Origin: Flaccisagitta enflata
Lineage: Eukaryota
Direction of reading: 5' to 3'
Assembly: GCA_965153355.1 (NCBI GenBank)
Contig: OZ231126.1
Span: 17,174,001-17,238,000 of the forward strand
DNA: 64,000 nucleotides
Below the pieces are notes generated by a model, which worked only from the letters and a program-made list of their open reading frames with translations, searched no databases and was not told the DNA's origin. A program made the translations under genes and the position numbers. Below, in pieces: positions 1-15,579 of the stretch (the stretch's first letter is position 1; each line of letters opens with the position of its first letter).

Positions 1-588
1 TAGCATGACACTTTTGAGATGTAAAAAACATGCAAAAAAGTCAATTTAAAGCGTTCTAAGCAGTAGGGAGAGTCTGTCAGCGTCGATTTTGAGCTGATTC
101 ACAAAATCACTCTATATAAGTATGCTGGAGGTGGTAAAACAGAGTTGGGGGATTTTGACTCACCAGGGGCCTAAATTTCAACTCTGAAATAGATAATGTC
201 AATAAGTAGGCACTTAGCGTTTTGACAAAAAAATGGGTCTGACGGTGGAAAAAGTCCAAATTTGAGAATTTTTTTGAAAAAAATACAATTTCAGCAATCC
301 CTGACTACATTTTCAGCTTTCTTGAAGCCTTTTTAGTTGGTTTATGGCTCTAAATTGAGTACAAAAAGATAAAGGTTGTTGTCGTTGTATACACTCAGAT
401 TTCATATCACTTTTTTTATCTGACACATTCATCTTCGTTTTGTTTTTTCCTCGACGTCTTTTAAATCAAAATTAGGCACTGCTTAGCACCATCATTTTCA
501 CTTTCTGTCGAACTGCTTGTCTGCCCATTTTAATCTATTCATACTTTGATATCTTACAGCCTGTCTTTGTCTTTCTCTCATGTCTCTA

Positions 589-1578
<990 letters not shown>

Positions 1579-1914
1579 TTGACTGCCGGAAGGAATACAT
1601 CGCGAGCTAACCCTTGGCTCTTGACTTCCGATGACAAATATGAAGAGAGCAAACTCATTTTCGGGGGAACAAAAGATTCCCCTATGGGCATGCGTGTATG
1701 CGTGTATGCGTGCGAGCGTGTATGCGTGTATGCGTGCGAGCGTGTAAACTTGGGTGTATGAGTGTGCATGTGCGTGTTTTCTTGCGCGTTTTTGAACCAT
1801 TGAGTGTTCGTTGGTAGAATGTTTATTCCGAAAATACTACCCAGTTTCAGGAATATAAAGAAATAGAGCGGGATTTTTCATTTCCTGGCGTTGTCATAAT
1901 CTTGCCCAAATTCA

Positions 1915-2122
1915 GCAAGTGACGCGGGTCACAATATCGTTGCTGACGGGTAGGCAGGAGCATACAACCCACATCCATACCTTCCCCGACCCTATGCTCA
2001 CTCACAAACAAAGACAATCATGCTTGCAGGATCATAGTTTCGCTGTTTTCCCACTTTTTAACTCAATCACCATGGACCATTGGACCAACGAACGGACGGA
2101 AAAAGTCTACGTGTCCGCAACT
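1915..2122 (-). mobile_element. Decayed DINE-like element, family A
   Basis: Reverse-complement termini (caagtgacgcgg ... gtgtccgcaact). Confidence 0.6.
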
Positions 2123-2667
2123 GGAAACGCAAATAGTTGCTTTTAGTTCATTTTGAAGGATATGATTTCAATAAATCAGTGACACTTTGGAATGACCGAA
2201 TGTCTTTTGAAGTCCTTTCATTGTGGACCAAGCAGAACTTCTGCAGTATTTGCTCTATTCAGTATTCATTCATAAATGGTGACTTTTTCATTTGAGCACC
2301 ACCAGATTCGTTAGAATAAAAGATTCCATTGTGAGGAAATCTACATATAGTTATGAGAGAAAAAAAGGTACTTTTCTTATAAAAACGCATACGACAATGA
2401 AAACGCAAATTTCCTAAAAAATGGCACCCAGCTACAGCTACAGCTATTTGTTTAAAACGACGAATGAACAAAGGAACCCTCATTGATTGTACCTATTGTT
2501 ATTGATTACCATGACTCTTATTAACTCTCTGTAAGAAAATGTCTATTGCTTTCCCGGAATCTGGAAATTTCTCATTATCCTTCCCGATACATCTGTGCGT
2601 TGTTTTTTTTTTTTTTTTCTAGATTAGCGCTCACTTGTTAGAAGCTTTGACGTCATTAACGTTTATT

Positions 2668-2911
2668 TAAAGTCGCGTGCTACGCGACTCTACACCCAGC
2701 TATGTTGGTCGGTCGGTTGGTTGGTTGGTCGGTTGGTCCCCTTTTTACTTTTTGGCGTTTTTGAGATTTGGTGGTCGGTCCCCTTTTTACTTTTTGGCGT
2801 TTTTGAGCTTTTTGAGCATACAGCTCCTGCCCAGATGCCCTAGTGACCTTCTCCAGCACTGCTCCTGCTCACCCACACGCGACTAGGGTAGCCGTGTATC
2901 CGGCCTTGTTT
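2668..2911 (+). mobile_element. DINE/Helentron-like non-autonomous element, family A
   Basis: AGTCGCG..CGCGACT 5' hairpin, GTCG/GTTG microsatellite, second CGCGACT, 3' GCCGTGTATCCGGCCTTGTT. Confidence 0.8.
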
Positions 2912-2979
2912 CATTGAAATGTGAACGTTTGATATTGACATTTTCTCGCGATTCCATCTCGTACAATGTTTTTTAACTT

Positions 2980-3129
2980 TTTTTAGGTGCGACAACGAAC
3001 TGGCTTATATACCTGGTTGTGTCCGTTGGTATGTTGGTTGGTTGGTTGGTTGGTTGGTTGGTTGGTTGGTTGGTTGGTCGGGTTTGACGATCCACACGGC
3101 GCACCTTATTGAACAACTTGGCCTTGTTT
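2980..3129 (+). mobile_element. DINE-like element, family C (AGGTGCG...CGCACCT subterminal repeats); second copy at ~31105-31221
   Basis: Same architecture with a GGTT microsatellite and GGCCTTGT end. Confidence 0.65.
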
Positions 3130-3221
3130 TCTACTCATTTCAACTCACCGTATTCAATTAGGTTTGTTTCCTCGTTGTATTTGTTTTAACGTGCAGCTTC
3201 TTTCTCTTTGTCGTTGCCTGC

Positions 3222-3368
<147 letters not shown>

Positions 3369-3469
3369 TGTTCTACTTTTTCCTCTAATTCCTCTTCTTT
3401 TTTTCTTCTTGTTCTTGTTCATCATATTATATACTTCTTCATCCTCATTCTTATTCTCAATTTCACCTC

Positions 3470-3627
<158 letters not shown>

Positions 3628-3689
3628 CCACCAGCAACGAGCATGAGTTTGTATTCCGCCCTGATCATAATTGTACACTAATTAATTCA

Positions 3690-3858
3690 TTTTTAGTCGC
3701 GGACTAGCGACTCTATAAGAGGCTTTGTCCGTCCGTCCGTTGGTTGGTCGGTCGGTCGGTTGGTCCGTGGTGATTGAGTTGGAAAGTGTGAAAACACGCA
3801 TTTCCGTCCCTGCCCACCCGTCCGCGACTGGTATTGGCCGTGTATCCGGCCTTGTTTT
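3690..3858 (+). mobile_element. DINE-like element, family A
   Basis: AGTCGCGGAC ... GTCCGCGACT subterminal inverted repeats, GTCC microsatellite, terminal hairpin. Confidence 0.85.
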
Positions 3859-4364
3859 TCCGTGTGCCGCTTTGTCTATCATTCTCTCCTTTGTCTCCAC
3901 CTTCTTCATTTTCTTACACAAGAAAGCGATTCATGCCCTTTCTCTGTTTTGTTCCCTTTGTATCCTTGCTTGTCGTTATTTGTTATTATGTGAATTGGAT
4001 TGAAGATTGAAGAGTAGCGGAGTCGCGAAGTTGCACTCGAGTTTTCTCTTCTTTTCATATTGCACGACTTTGCGCCTGAAAGAACTCGGAGGAACATAAC
4101 GAAGGCAATCTTAGATATTCTTTATAGGGCATATAGGCTCGCCAACTCATCTCTACATCCTGTCGTGCCTGTCCCTCCGTCAGTTGGTCGGATGGACGGG
4201 ACGGATGCCGTGTCACAAATGTTTGACGAGCATCCTGGGGCGCACCCATTGACCTAAGTGACCGTGCTACGCTACTCCATGAGCGAGATTTTGGTTGGTC
4301 CCCCCCATCGCGTCCGTCTGTCGGTTTGTCCCTCGGTCGCTCCGTTACATTTATGTTTTCAGGC

Positions 4365-4529
4365 TTTTTAGTCGCGGACTAGTGTCTCTATAAGATGCTT
4401 TGTCCGTCCATCTGTTAGTCAGGAGGTTGATCCGTCGGTAATGCTCATGTTTGAAAGTGTGAAAACGCGCATTTCCGCTCCTGCCCACCCGTCTGCGACT
4501 GGTATTGGCCGTGTATCCGGCCTTGTTTG
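4365..4529 (+). mobile_element. DINE-like element, family A
   Basis: Same termini as 3690-3858. Confidence 0.8.
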
Positions 4530-4890
4530 ACATTTTCTCAGCATCCAAAGGTATTGTTATAGCTCCAATGTTCCTTCCCCCCCCCCCCGCTTCACTACTC
4601 CTACCCACCCACTCCACTGTTCCTGCCAAACTGCTCCTACTCACCCACAAGCGACTAAGATCGTCGTATATCCGTCCTTGTTTCTCGATTGCTACCGGTG
4701 CAGATATACTGTATACCGAGTGCAGATGTACTTAAAACAAAATCTGATTGCACAATGCACGTGACTGCTTGAAAACGTTTTTTCTGCTTCTTTCTCAGTG
4801 TGAGCAACTTCTTGACTCGTGATTGTGACCACTGACCTGTGACTTGAATCTTGAGTTACTTAATTCTTTCTGTTCGAAAGCACATACGTG

Positions 4891-4994
<104 letters not shown>

Positions 4995-5029
4995 AAATCG
5001 CCGCACATACAATTGCGGCGAGGTACTGA

Positions 5030-5248
5030 TTTTTAGTCGCAAGCACGCGACTCTACAACACGCTTTGTCCGTCGGTCGGTTGGTCGGTTGGTCGGTTGGT
5101 TGGTCGGTCGGTCGGTTGGTCACACTTTACTTTTTTTTATGATTTTATTACTTTGACCTCCCTGCTCCTGCCCAAATGGTCTGGTGACCTCAAATATGGC
5201 CCCTGCCCACCCGCACGCGACTTCGGTAGCCGTGTATCCGGCCTTGTT
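5030..5248 (+). mobile_element. DINE-like element, family A
   Basis: Same termini as 2668-2911. Confidence 0.8.
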
Positions 5249-5508
5249 ATCAATAAAATTTTCCCATTTCAAAATTTAAAAAAAAAACACTTTTGAGTTC
5301 TATTTATGGTGTTCTATTTCGATCATTCATCTCCAATTTTTCTGATACACCCCATGAATTGAGCGATCAAAGCATTGTGGAATGGAGAAAAAGCAGAAAC
5401 GGTTTCAATCAAGTGAAGAAAGGAAATACTCTGTTGCTGACAAGGATAGAAATGGGGACAGAAGGGAGACTGAAGACAGAGAGAGAGAGAGAGAGACAGA
5501 GAGAGAGA

Positions 5509-5596
<88 letters not shown>

Positions 5597-5752
5597 GCTA
5601 CTGCTGTTGTTGTTGTTTTCGTTGTTTTTGCGGTTGTTGTTAACGTTGCTGTTCGTGTCGTTGTTTTTCATTGTGTTGTAGAGTGGTTGTTGTTGTTGTT
5701 GTTGTTAGTCAAGGGTTTTTCCGGGGTTTTTGTTGCTTTTGCTGTTGTTGTT

Positions 5753-5846
<94 letters not shown>

Positions 5847-5855
5847 TTGTTGTTT

Positions 5856-5929
<74 letters not shown>

Positions 5930-6248
5930 GCTGTTGCTGTTGTTGCTGTTGTTGTTGCAGTAGTTGCTGTTCTTTTTCATGGTGTTGTTGTTGTTGCCAA
6001 CATCATTTTTCGTGTTTTTACCACGATTTGTATTTTTGGCATGAGGTTACAATCTACAATCGGGTCTGATGTCTGATGTCATGGCCTTTCTTTCATATCC
6101 CATTGTGCCTTAGGGCAGAGAGATCTCAGCTTTGGTTCTTTTCCCTCCAACGAAAAGCTCCATTCGTGGATTACCTCCCTCCACCCAGCTGCATGTACAG
6201 AGTTGCAGACTCGTACTTGAACCAAAGGTACAAAAGTTAAGGTAACAT

Positions 6249-6360
<112 letters not shown>

Positions 6361-6624
6361 CATCTCTGCTATCTATAAAGAGTCATTTCAGGAGATTTTT
6401 TACCATATTGATCGCATGTCGGTATTCTTTTTTTTTTTCTTTGCCTCCCCGGCCCCGTGCCCCCGAGGTCCATCTGCTTCGGGTACCAGCACACGCGTCG
6501 TGCTCATCCATACAGTCATATTGTTTCTTGCCTTTTCCACAGTCTCTTTCCTTTCTTTTATTCTTGCTTTCTTTCTCTCTTTCTCTCATCATTCTTTCTT
6601 TCTTTCTTTCTTTCTTTCTCTCAT

Positions 6625-6716
<92 letters not shown>

Positions 6717-6717
6717 G

Positions 6718-6752
<35 letters not shown>

Positions 6753-7119
6753 TGCTTCTTTCTTTCACTGCCTCTTTCTTTCCTGGCTTTTTCTCGATCT
6801 TGGCTTCTTCCTTTCTTTGCTTCTTTGCCTTTCTTTCATCTTTTTCTTTTTGTTGTTCTTTCTTTCTTGCTTTCTTTTTTCTTTCTTTACTTCTTTTTGT
6901 TTTTTATACCTTTCTTTCTTTCTTTCTTTCTTCTTCACACCTTTCTACCATTTTTCTGCTTTTCTTTCTTTCTAGTTTTCTTCTTTATTCTTCCTTTTTT
7001 TTGCTTCTAAGTTTATTTATCACTCCATCGATGACATTTCCTGTTCGTCTGTCTGTCTGCCTTTCTGTTTGTCTTTGTAACTCTCTATCTGTCACTCCGT
7101 CTGTTTACCAGTCTACCTG

Positions 7120-7212
<93 letters not shown>

Positions 7213-7561
7213 CAAATTCATTCTCATAGACAACAGAAAAAGAAAATGATGGAGGCGTGTGTGTCTGTCTCTGTCTCTGTCCCTCGCTGTCCCTCTCGTG
7301 TATCGATGACCCTCTCAACTTCATCGTAGGCCATCTTTCCCCACTTTATCATCATGATTCTTTCTCTCCTTTCTCCTTTTTTTTTTCTTTTTCCTTTTTG
7401 GTTCCACTAACTGCGTTATCTCGCACTCTGGCACTCTGGCAATTTTCTCGAACAAAAAAAAAAAAGATTTCTGCGATTTTCTTTTCCTTTTAAAATCTTT
7501 GCATTTGAATTTTCCGTACGATTATCTATCTTCCTTTTCCTCACATTTGATTGGTTTTTCT

Positions 7562-7986
7562 TAGGACTCGCAATAGTTAACTTTAACTAGCTAGTTAACT
7601 AGTTAAAATTTTAAAAACCCCTATAGTTAACTGGTAGAAATTAACTAGTTAAAACAGTTAAAAATTTCTATGGAAATTTGGGAAAAAATCACTTATTTTC
7701 CCCCCAAATAACATGATTTTTGGTAAATTTTTTTGGTCATAAAGAAAAATGTGGACAATTGTAACACACAAACATAGCAACTCAAAGATTTCTTGCCACA
7801 AACAATAGAACAAATATAAAAGTATTGATTCCTGCAAGAATTGTATCAAAAAAGTTACGGTTTTGCTTAAGTCTTGCTTTTTATCAGGAAAAATTTTTAA
7901 CTATTTTAGCTAGTTAACTAGGTGTAAATTGTAGTTAGTTAACTGTTAACTAGTTAATTTGAAAACCTTAACTGTTGCGAGTCCTA
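7562..7986. mobile_element. hAT-type MITE
   Basis: TIR TAGGACTCGCAA[T/C]AGTTAA; 8-bp TSD GTTTTTCT at 7554-7561 and 7987-7994. Confidence 0.85.
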
Positions 7987-8285
7987 GTTTTTCTTCCCCT
8001 CGAGAGCAATGAAGAAAAAAGAGGACATAAAAAAAACAAAGTTTTATAACGAGGTTGAATACTCAATACTCCCCCCTCTTGGTAGAGCTAGTGAGAAGGC
8101 GTGTGTTCGGATCAGATCAGTTCGTCACAAATCCATGTCCACACGGACTTTTCGACTGATGGGACGCTAACAATAACGGATGGATAGACTAATGGATTGT
8201 GCCAATGGATGCCGAATCGATGTGACAACTGACGTCGGTGACGTTTCACTGAAACTTTAAGATTGTGTTCAGATAATGTCTACTA

Positions 8286-8515
8286 CTATCTTGCTAATGA
8301 ATACATCACCATCTGAAAAGAAGCATCAACTTTGGAAGAGTATCGCTCCTAAAGAAAAAAAAGTTACAATTACCAGATTGGTCTGATTTTGAAAATTTGT
8401 TTTAACTTTTTGAAATACAACCAATTTGGTAATTTTAGCTTTATTCTTTTGGGCTCCATACTCTTGTAAATTTGATGCTTCTTTTCAGACGGTGATATAC
8501 TTATTAGCAAGAAAG
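8286..8515. mobile_element. Palindromic TA-flanked MITE
   Basis: The two halves are degenerate reverse complements (CTTGCTAAT..ATCACCATCTGAAAAGAAGCATCAA). Confidence 0.7.
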
Positions 8516-8803
8516 TATCTCATACAATAGAGGCATCATTGATCTGTTTTAAACAATTTTTGATGACATGATCTGTGCGTCCTCAGCTCGCCTCTGAATT
8601 TGCGTAATCTTAGGCTCAGGTGCTTCTTCGTCTTCTCCAAACACGCTTTTTAGTCGCGGACACGCAACTCAGTAAGAGGCTTTGTCCGTCCGTCCGTCCG
8701 TCGGTCCGTTGGTCCGTTGGTCCGTTGGTCCGTTGGTCCGTTGGTCTGTTGGTCCGTAGAGGTGATCGGGTCAAAAAGTGAGAAAACGAGCGTTTTCGAA
8801 GCT

Positions 8804-9281
8804 TTTTGAGCAGCGGCCCCGAAGGGGACGAAGTCCTGTAGAACACAGGGGGATTTTCCTTCGTCTGTCATTCCATTCGTCCCCCCAGGCTCTCTCAGGC
8901 CTGAAATTTGCCCTCTCAGGCCTGAAATCTACCCTCTCAGGCCTGAAATCTACTCTCTCAGGCCTTGAATCTGCCCTCTCAGGTCTGAAATCTGCTCTTT
9001 CAGGCCTGAAATCTCTCTTTTCAGGCCTTATCCCCACTCTCGCAGATTCAAGGCCTGAGAGGGAAGATTTCAGGCCTGAGAGGGTAGATTTCAGGCCAGA
9101 GAGGGCAGATTTCAGGCCAGAGAGGGCCTGGGGGGCGGACAGAATGACGGACGGACGAAAGTCCCCCTGGGTTCTACAGGACTTCAGGGCCGCTGCCCTG
9201 CTTCCTTTTACTCCAATTTACAATCATGCAAAGCAGGGCAACGGGTATCGCTGACCACATATTGCCTTTGGGCGACCTGTT
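8804..9281 (+). mobile_element. DINE-like element, family B, with inverted 21-bp minisatellite
   Basis: GCAGCGGCCCCGAAGGGGACGAAGTCCTGTAGAACACAGGGG and its inverted copy; 3' tail GCAGGGCAACGGGTATCGCTGACC. Confidence 0.8.
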
Positions 9282-9322
9282 GTGTATGTATTTGTGTTGG
9301 AAGGGGGGTTGGGTGGGGCGTT

Positions 9323-9486
9323 TAGTGAAAGTCGAAGATTTGGCTTCGGCATCGACCTACTGACCGGGACACTACCCTAATTTCGGAACCGAAGTCGAAG
9401 TTGTCATCCAGCTTCGGTTTGCAGGAGTCAGGAGTCAGTATGTAGTAGGAAGAAGGTTCAAAGTTGGATCCTTTTAAAGGAGAAAA

Positions 9487-9585
<99 letters not shown>

Positions 9586-9756
9586 GAGAGAGGAGAAAGA
9601 GAGAGGGAGAGAGACAGAAAGGAAAAAATAAGAGAGAAACAGTGAGAGAGTGACAGATGGGGAGAGATAAAGTTAGATGTTTTAATTCAAAGAATGTAAG
9701 AGTATGTTAGGAAATGTAAGAAAATATAAGATAAAGAGAGAAAGAAAGAAAGAAAG

Positions 9757-9817
<61 letters not shown>

Positions 9818-10397
9818 AACAGAGAGAGAGGGAGAAAGAGAGAAAGAGAGAAAGAAAGAAACTAAGGGAGGGATAAATAAAGAAACAGAGAAAAGAGGGA
9901 GAAAAAAAAACATGAAAATAAAAATACAAATGATTGAAAAAAAATCATTTAAAGAAATATCAGAACCACTAGTTGTGCCTTAGAGATTAACTTAAACTTT
10001 AAGAAACAAGCAAATATTTGTATTGATATGATCAAATAAAAGAAATTTCACTTATTAGTATTATACTATTTCTCACATTCAAAAACAAAAAGAAATGATA
10101 AATCAATAAAAGACTTGAAGTTATTTTTTATAAAAAAGAGAAATAAAAGGAAAAGTAAAGCAAGATGAAAAAAAAATAAAAATAAAAAAAAAATAAAAAT
10201 TTGATATTTCTTTTTATAATCTAAAAAAAATTTGATTCAATCAAAAAATTGAAGTAACTTCAAACTTCGGTTTCGGACTTCGGATTTGGTTTCGGATTCG
10301 GTTTCGGATTCGGTTTCGGATTCGGTTTCGGAAACAAAGTCACTGTAATCTTTGGCTTCGGTTCGACTTCGGTCTACCTACCTTCGGTCTAACACTA
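9323..10397. mobile_element. hAT-type MITE with internal AG/AGAC microsatellites
   Basis: TAGTG...CACTA termini, subterminal TTCGG repeats, 8-bp TSD GGGGCGTT at 9315-9322 and 10398-10405. Confidence 0.8.
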
Positions 10398-11148
10398 GGG
10401 GCGTTAGGTGTGGATCGGGGTTAGCTGCCCCTGCCCACCCGTCCGCAACGATATTGTTACCCTGCGTCACTTGTTCCTTTACAATCAGGAGGCTGACGGT
10501 CCGTTTTGTCCTTTTTCAAGAGGAAGGGGTATTCGTCTGTTTTCGTCGATGATAAAACGAATAAACGACCATTTTTTTCCGTATGCCCATCCATCAATCT
10601 GGTCAATCGAATTATGAACTTTGCGCAAAAAAATATTAAGCCACAGTTAAACCCCGCTTTTTACGGAATTTCGCATCTAATAGCTACTAATCATTTGTCA
10701 CTTCAGCCTGTTTTCTTTCATTTCTTTTTTCGGCTCTAGTAGAGTTTGGCCTATGACAGCTGATATTTGTTGGTCTCTTAAGATTCATTGGAGAGGGATT
10801 CAACTGCATTTGTAAACCTCGACATGTTTCCAAACTGCAAGCCTGAAAAGGCATTTTAACACATTTTAATGGGCGTTGATCTCGACAGTGATTTCTACGT
10901 ATAAAGAAACTCTGAAAGGAAACTCTTATACGCATATAGTATAGACCATGTGAACTACAGCCTCGCTTGAAATGGTATCAACAGGAATATTGGAGACCTC
11001 TGCGGCAATATCAGTCTTGCTCACTTATATCTTTTTGCCATCCTTGATCATCTCCCTGTTTGGTTGCACAACATGATTTTAAAGAACACTTTTTCTCTAT
11101 ATATTGCTATGGCGTAAAATCTAATTATTGGATTAAGAATGAAGTTAC

Positions 11149-11733
<585 letters not shown>

Positions 11734-12035
11734 AATCACTTCAACCATAGCGTCATCTGACGATGACAACGACAGGCGTTGCCAACGAGTTGGCACCACA
11801 CTAGAGTTCACAATGAAATCAAAGAAAATGATTTAAGCGAGCGACTCTTAGCCTCTGGGACAAATAGTGGCGCACCGACATTTTGACGAATGAAGAGAGG
11901 GATGGACAAACCCAAATTTACAGACACACGGAGCAATCTAAAAAGACAATTTGAGTTAAGACCCGCTATATCGGATTTATAAGTTACGGATATCCGTCTA
12001 TAAAGGATGTGAAATCTTGGTAGATTCGCATTCTT

Positions 12036-12487
12036 TTTTGGGCAATGGCCCCAAAGGGCCAATGTCCTGTAGGATACATGGGTGAATTTCCAAACATCTA
12101 TACATCTATACATCTGTTTGTCCATCTGCCCCCCCCCCCTTCCTCGAACCTTCTCCAGCCTCAAATTCCCATTGAATAATATGGAAAATTTTCAAAATGC
12201 AAACTTCCCATTGCATAGCATGGAAAGTTGATGATCAAAAGAATGTGAAATTCTAATTGAATAACATGGTGATTTGATGGTAAATTGAAAAAAATGCAAA
12301 ACTCCCATTGAATATCATGGAATATTGTTCATGTGTCCTCCCAGGACATATGGAAATTCACCCCTGTATCTTAAAGGACATTCGCTCTTTGAGGCTGCTG
12401 CCCTGCTTTCACTTCACTTCTTCAGCTTATCACTTCAAGCAGGGCATTGGGTACCACTGACCATGTGCGATCCTTGGATGACTTGTT
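12036..12487 (+). mobile_element. DINE-like element, family B variant with TCCCATTGAATA repeats
   Basis: Family B termini; homologous to 53109-53570. Confidence 0.75.
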
Positions 12488-15400
12488 TCTTGCATTGGTG
12501 TTAACAGAAATCCGCCTATAACAGAAAGAAATTGTCTGTTCCCTTGACATTCGTTATTGCGAGGATCAACAGTATTCATCATTGGGCATCCAAGGGAACA
12601 TTGAGGCCTCGTTGCAAACCAGGGGGAGAGAAAAAAATGGTCTGAATCTAACACGAACCATTAGAGAAAATTGGAATGTTTTCCGGTGATGAATGTTCAA
12701 AATGGGGAAAATGTTCAAATCAAAAAATCATAAAAAGGAAAATGATTTCATAGAGAGGAGAAAAGTTCCTTCTTTTGGACTGTCTTCATTCTGATCTGAT
12801 TCATCTGATTTGAACCATTCGTTTGGTGTCATTGTGATTGTGACAGACTGCCATTTTCAGACGGGGGGGGGGGAGAGTAGAAGGTGTGTCCGAACTTAAT
12901 TTGCAAACTGTCTATCGTGAATTTCTTGCTCAGCCGCCGTTATCTCGTTATTTTTTTCTCGTGCTTAGACAAGATCTGGCGTGTTAGATGACAAAGTCAC
13001 TATACGAATACGGATGAACGTTGGACGGAACACATACATGTAATCGATGATCTTTTCATAACAGCGATACTCGTTGCTTCCTCGAGAATGCCTCACTGAA
13101 CCCAACCAGAAAATATGGCATTATTTCAATTTCCCTCCGTGAAGCAATGAACACCGCCTTACCCAACAATAGTCAACTGTCAACCCTCAAAACCGAATCC
13201 GCTCCAAGAGCTTGTAAAAAGATCAACCACTACTTTTTCTGAGCTTCCCAGTTACTCAAGACAGATAAGTGTTAAGTGTTTAGTTCCGTTTAACAGCAGA
13301 ACAGAATAAGCATACGGTAAATGTTTCCAATCGCGGTCCTCGCAAACAAACAACAAGTGCTACCTCTCCTACGATGATTGTTGACGGTTTAAACAATTAA
13401 CGGGTGTTCGAATAAAAATTGGAGACAGTTTTTGATAGGTTAGCTTTTTTGTTTGGGCACCTAGGAAAAAACAATGAAATAACAAAAGATAGCGGGTAAC
13501 ATAACTAACAGTTTGGTGAAAGAATTTTAATTTTATCATGCACCATTGCAAAGAAAATCAAAATAAACAAATTCCTGGTGAAAAATTTCTACAGAGCCCG
13601 GGACAAAAGGGTAGTTTCCCTAGTCAGTGCTGCACCAGTGTTTTTGAAGAAAACTAAATTGTCTTTTGTTTTCTTGCTGCAGCTTTTTTACAAAGGAGAG
13701 GAGGCCTAGAGCTTGGTAGTCAAAAGATTCATCTTACATGTCCTAAACATGTAACAAGTAATACCCTCTGAATCAAAGACACTTCCTCAATGCAATCTAT
13801 CTTAGCCAAGCAAAGCCAAGCCAGGCCAAACCAAGTCAAGCAAAGCCAATCCTTCCTGATCCAAGCCAAGCCTCAGTCCATGTCAAGCTAAGCAAGGTCA
13901 TTTCACATTCAAAAACAGTTAAGGCAAGCCCCTCTAAGTCATCCATGTTGCCTTCAGACAAACAAAGCAAACCTTGGTTGTGATGAACTTACTGCATCCC
14001 GGATTCCCAATTTTCTTACTTTTGCTAATGTATTTTTGTGGTGGGCTAAAATTGTATAACGTAAAGATATAAGCGAAACATGTCAATGATGAAATTTGAT
14101 CAAAAAGGTTTGATTGGAAACAAAGCCATCAATTTTTGAATCAAGGATCTCTACTTCACAAACCAGATTTTACTCTTAGCCTTGAAATTTTTCAGATTTT
14201 TTTTTTTGCTTTAGTATTTCATGTATTGTAATCTCATGTTTTCTGATTGACAAGATAGGAAAGATTGACTCTAATTCAGCTATAACAGCTTTAAAATGGG
14301 CCAACAGCAATATGCAAATAAGGAGGTGCGCAGATCATCCTCAACAAAAATGTTCTTAAACACTAACTTTTAAGAATAAATAAACAAATCAAATATTCAT
14401 GGCTGATTGACCAAGAGTTAATCTAACCCAGTTGCTTAAACCACGAAAGATTTTATAATTGAACCATATTTGAATCTATGCTGTTAACATGCATATTGTG
14501 CCTACCATCTTAGAGGAATGATTTGAATTATTGCCATTTGATTAATACAAACTTGGAACAAAAAACATGAAACGGCAACAAAGAGGGCTTGCAAATAAAA
14601 AAAACAGCAATATGCAAATAAGAAAAAGCAAAAAAGAAAAGCACTGTACTATAGCTGCTTGAAATAGACAAAATGGGATGATAATTGTGGTGGATGAGAG
14701 GAAAGATTAAATCCTTTTGTTCATGCAAATGCAACAGGCCATATTTAACTATTATATTTATTGACTTCTTCCTCTGTTAGTAAGTCAATCTGATATTTGA
14801 TTTTGTGCTTTTGATATACATATTTTAGTCACAACCATTTGGCTAAATGTATACCCTTTTACTTAAACATTTTAATGTAGCCCACATGTAAAGATATCAT
14901 ATTTGTCATTTCAAAAATTGACAATTTTGGCTGCCAGCAGCATTGAGGGCAAAAACTTAGTGCCATGGATATGGAAACAGTAAGCTACCAATCTCAATGA
15001 AAGTAACTGCTTTATGCAAATGAAGTCAGAACATCACTACTCTTTTTTCTTTTCTCTTCAACAATGTACCATCTCATTTGCATATTGTAGCATCAAATTT
15101 CATGGTTGAAATCTTGGTAAAATAAAGATTTTTTCTCCTTGTAAATACAGTGTGGATATCATTTTGATTCAGGGTTAAGGTGACTGATATTTACAAAGAG
15201 ATATTACAAGTGTGGTTAAACAAATTTAAAGATGAATGTTAATCTTTAAAGACAAACTCAATTGTGTTGGCCATTCATTTTGAAAAAATGCAAATACATT
15301 GGACAGTTTATTTTTCAAAAAATGCATATCAGACTTAAAACAATTAGAGTATGAATGGAAAGATCTTTAAGTGGGACACCATGGATTTGAACTCACTTAT

Positions 15401-15579
15401 ATTCATTTTGTATATCCCTTTTCAATATTTGACATGTTCACTGCAGCCAGATTTCATTGCAATGTACTGAATGAACAAAAGCAAGAAGCAGCTACACAGC
15501 TCCTTAACTTTAGCAAAACTGAACTCACTATAACACCTTGTGAATTAAGGGATTTAACACCTTGTGAATTAAGGGATTT

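Larger units (their letters stand above)
8647..10475 (+). mobile_element. Family A DINE-like element interrupted by two nested insertions
   Basis: 5' end at 8647; body resumes at ~9282 and 10398; ends CCTGCGTCACTTGTT. Confidence 0.75.
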
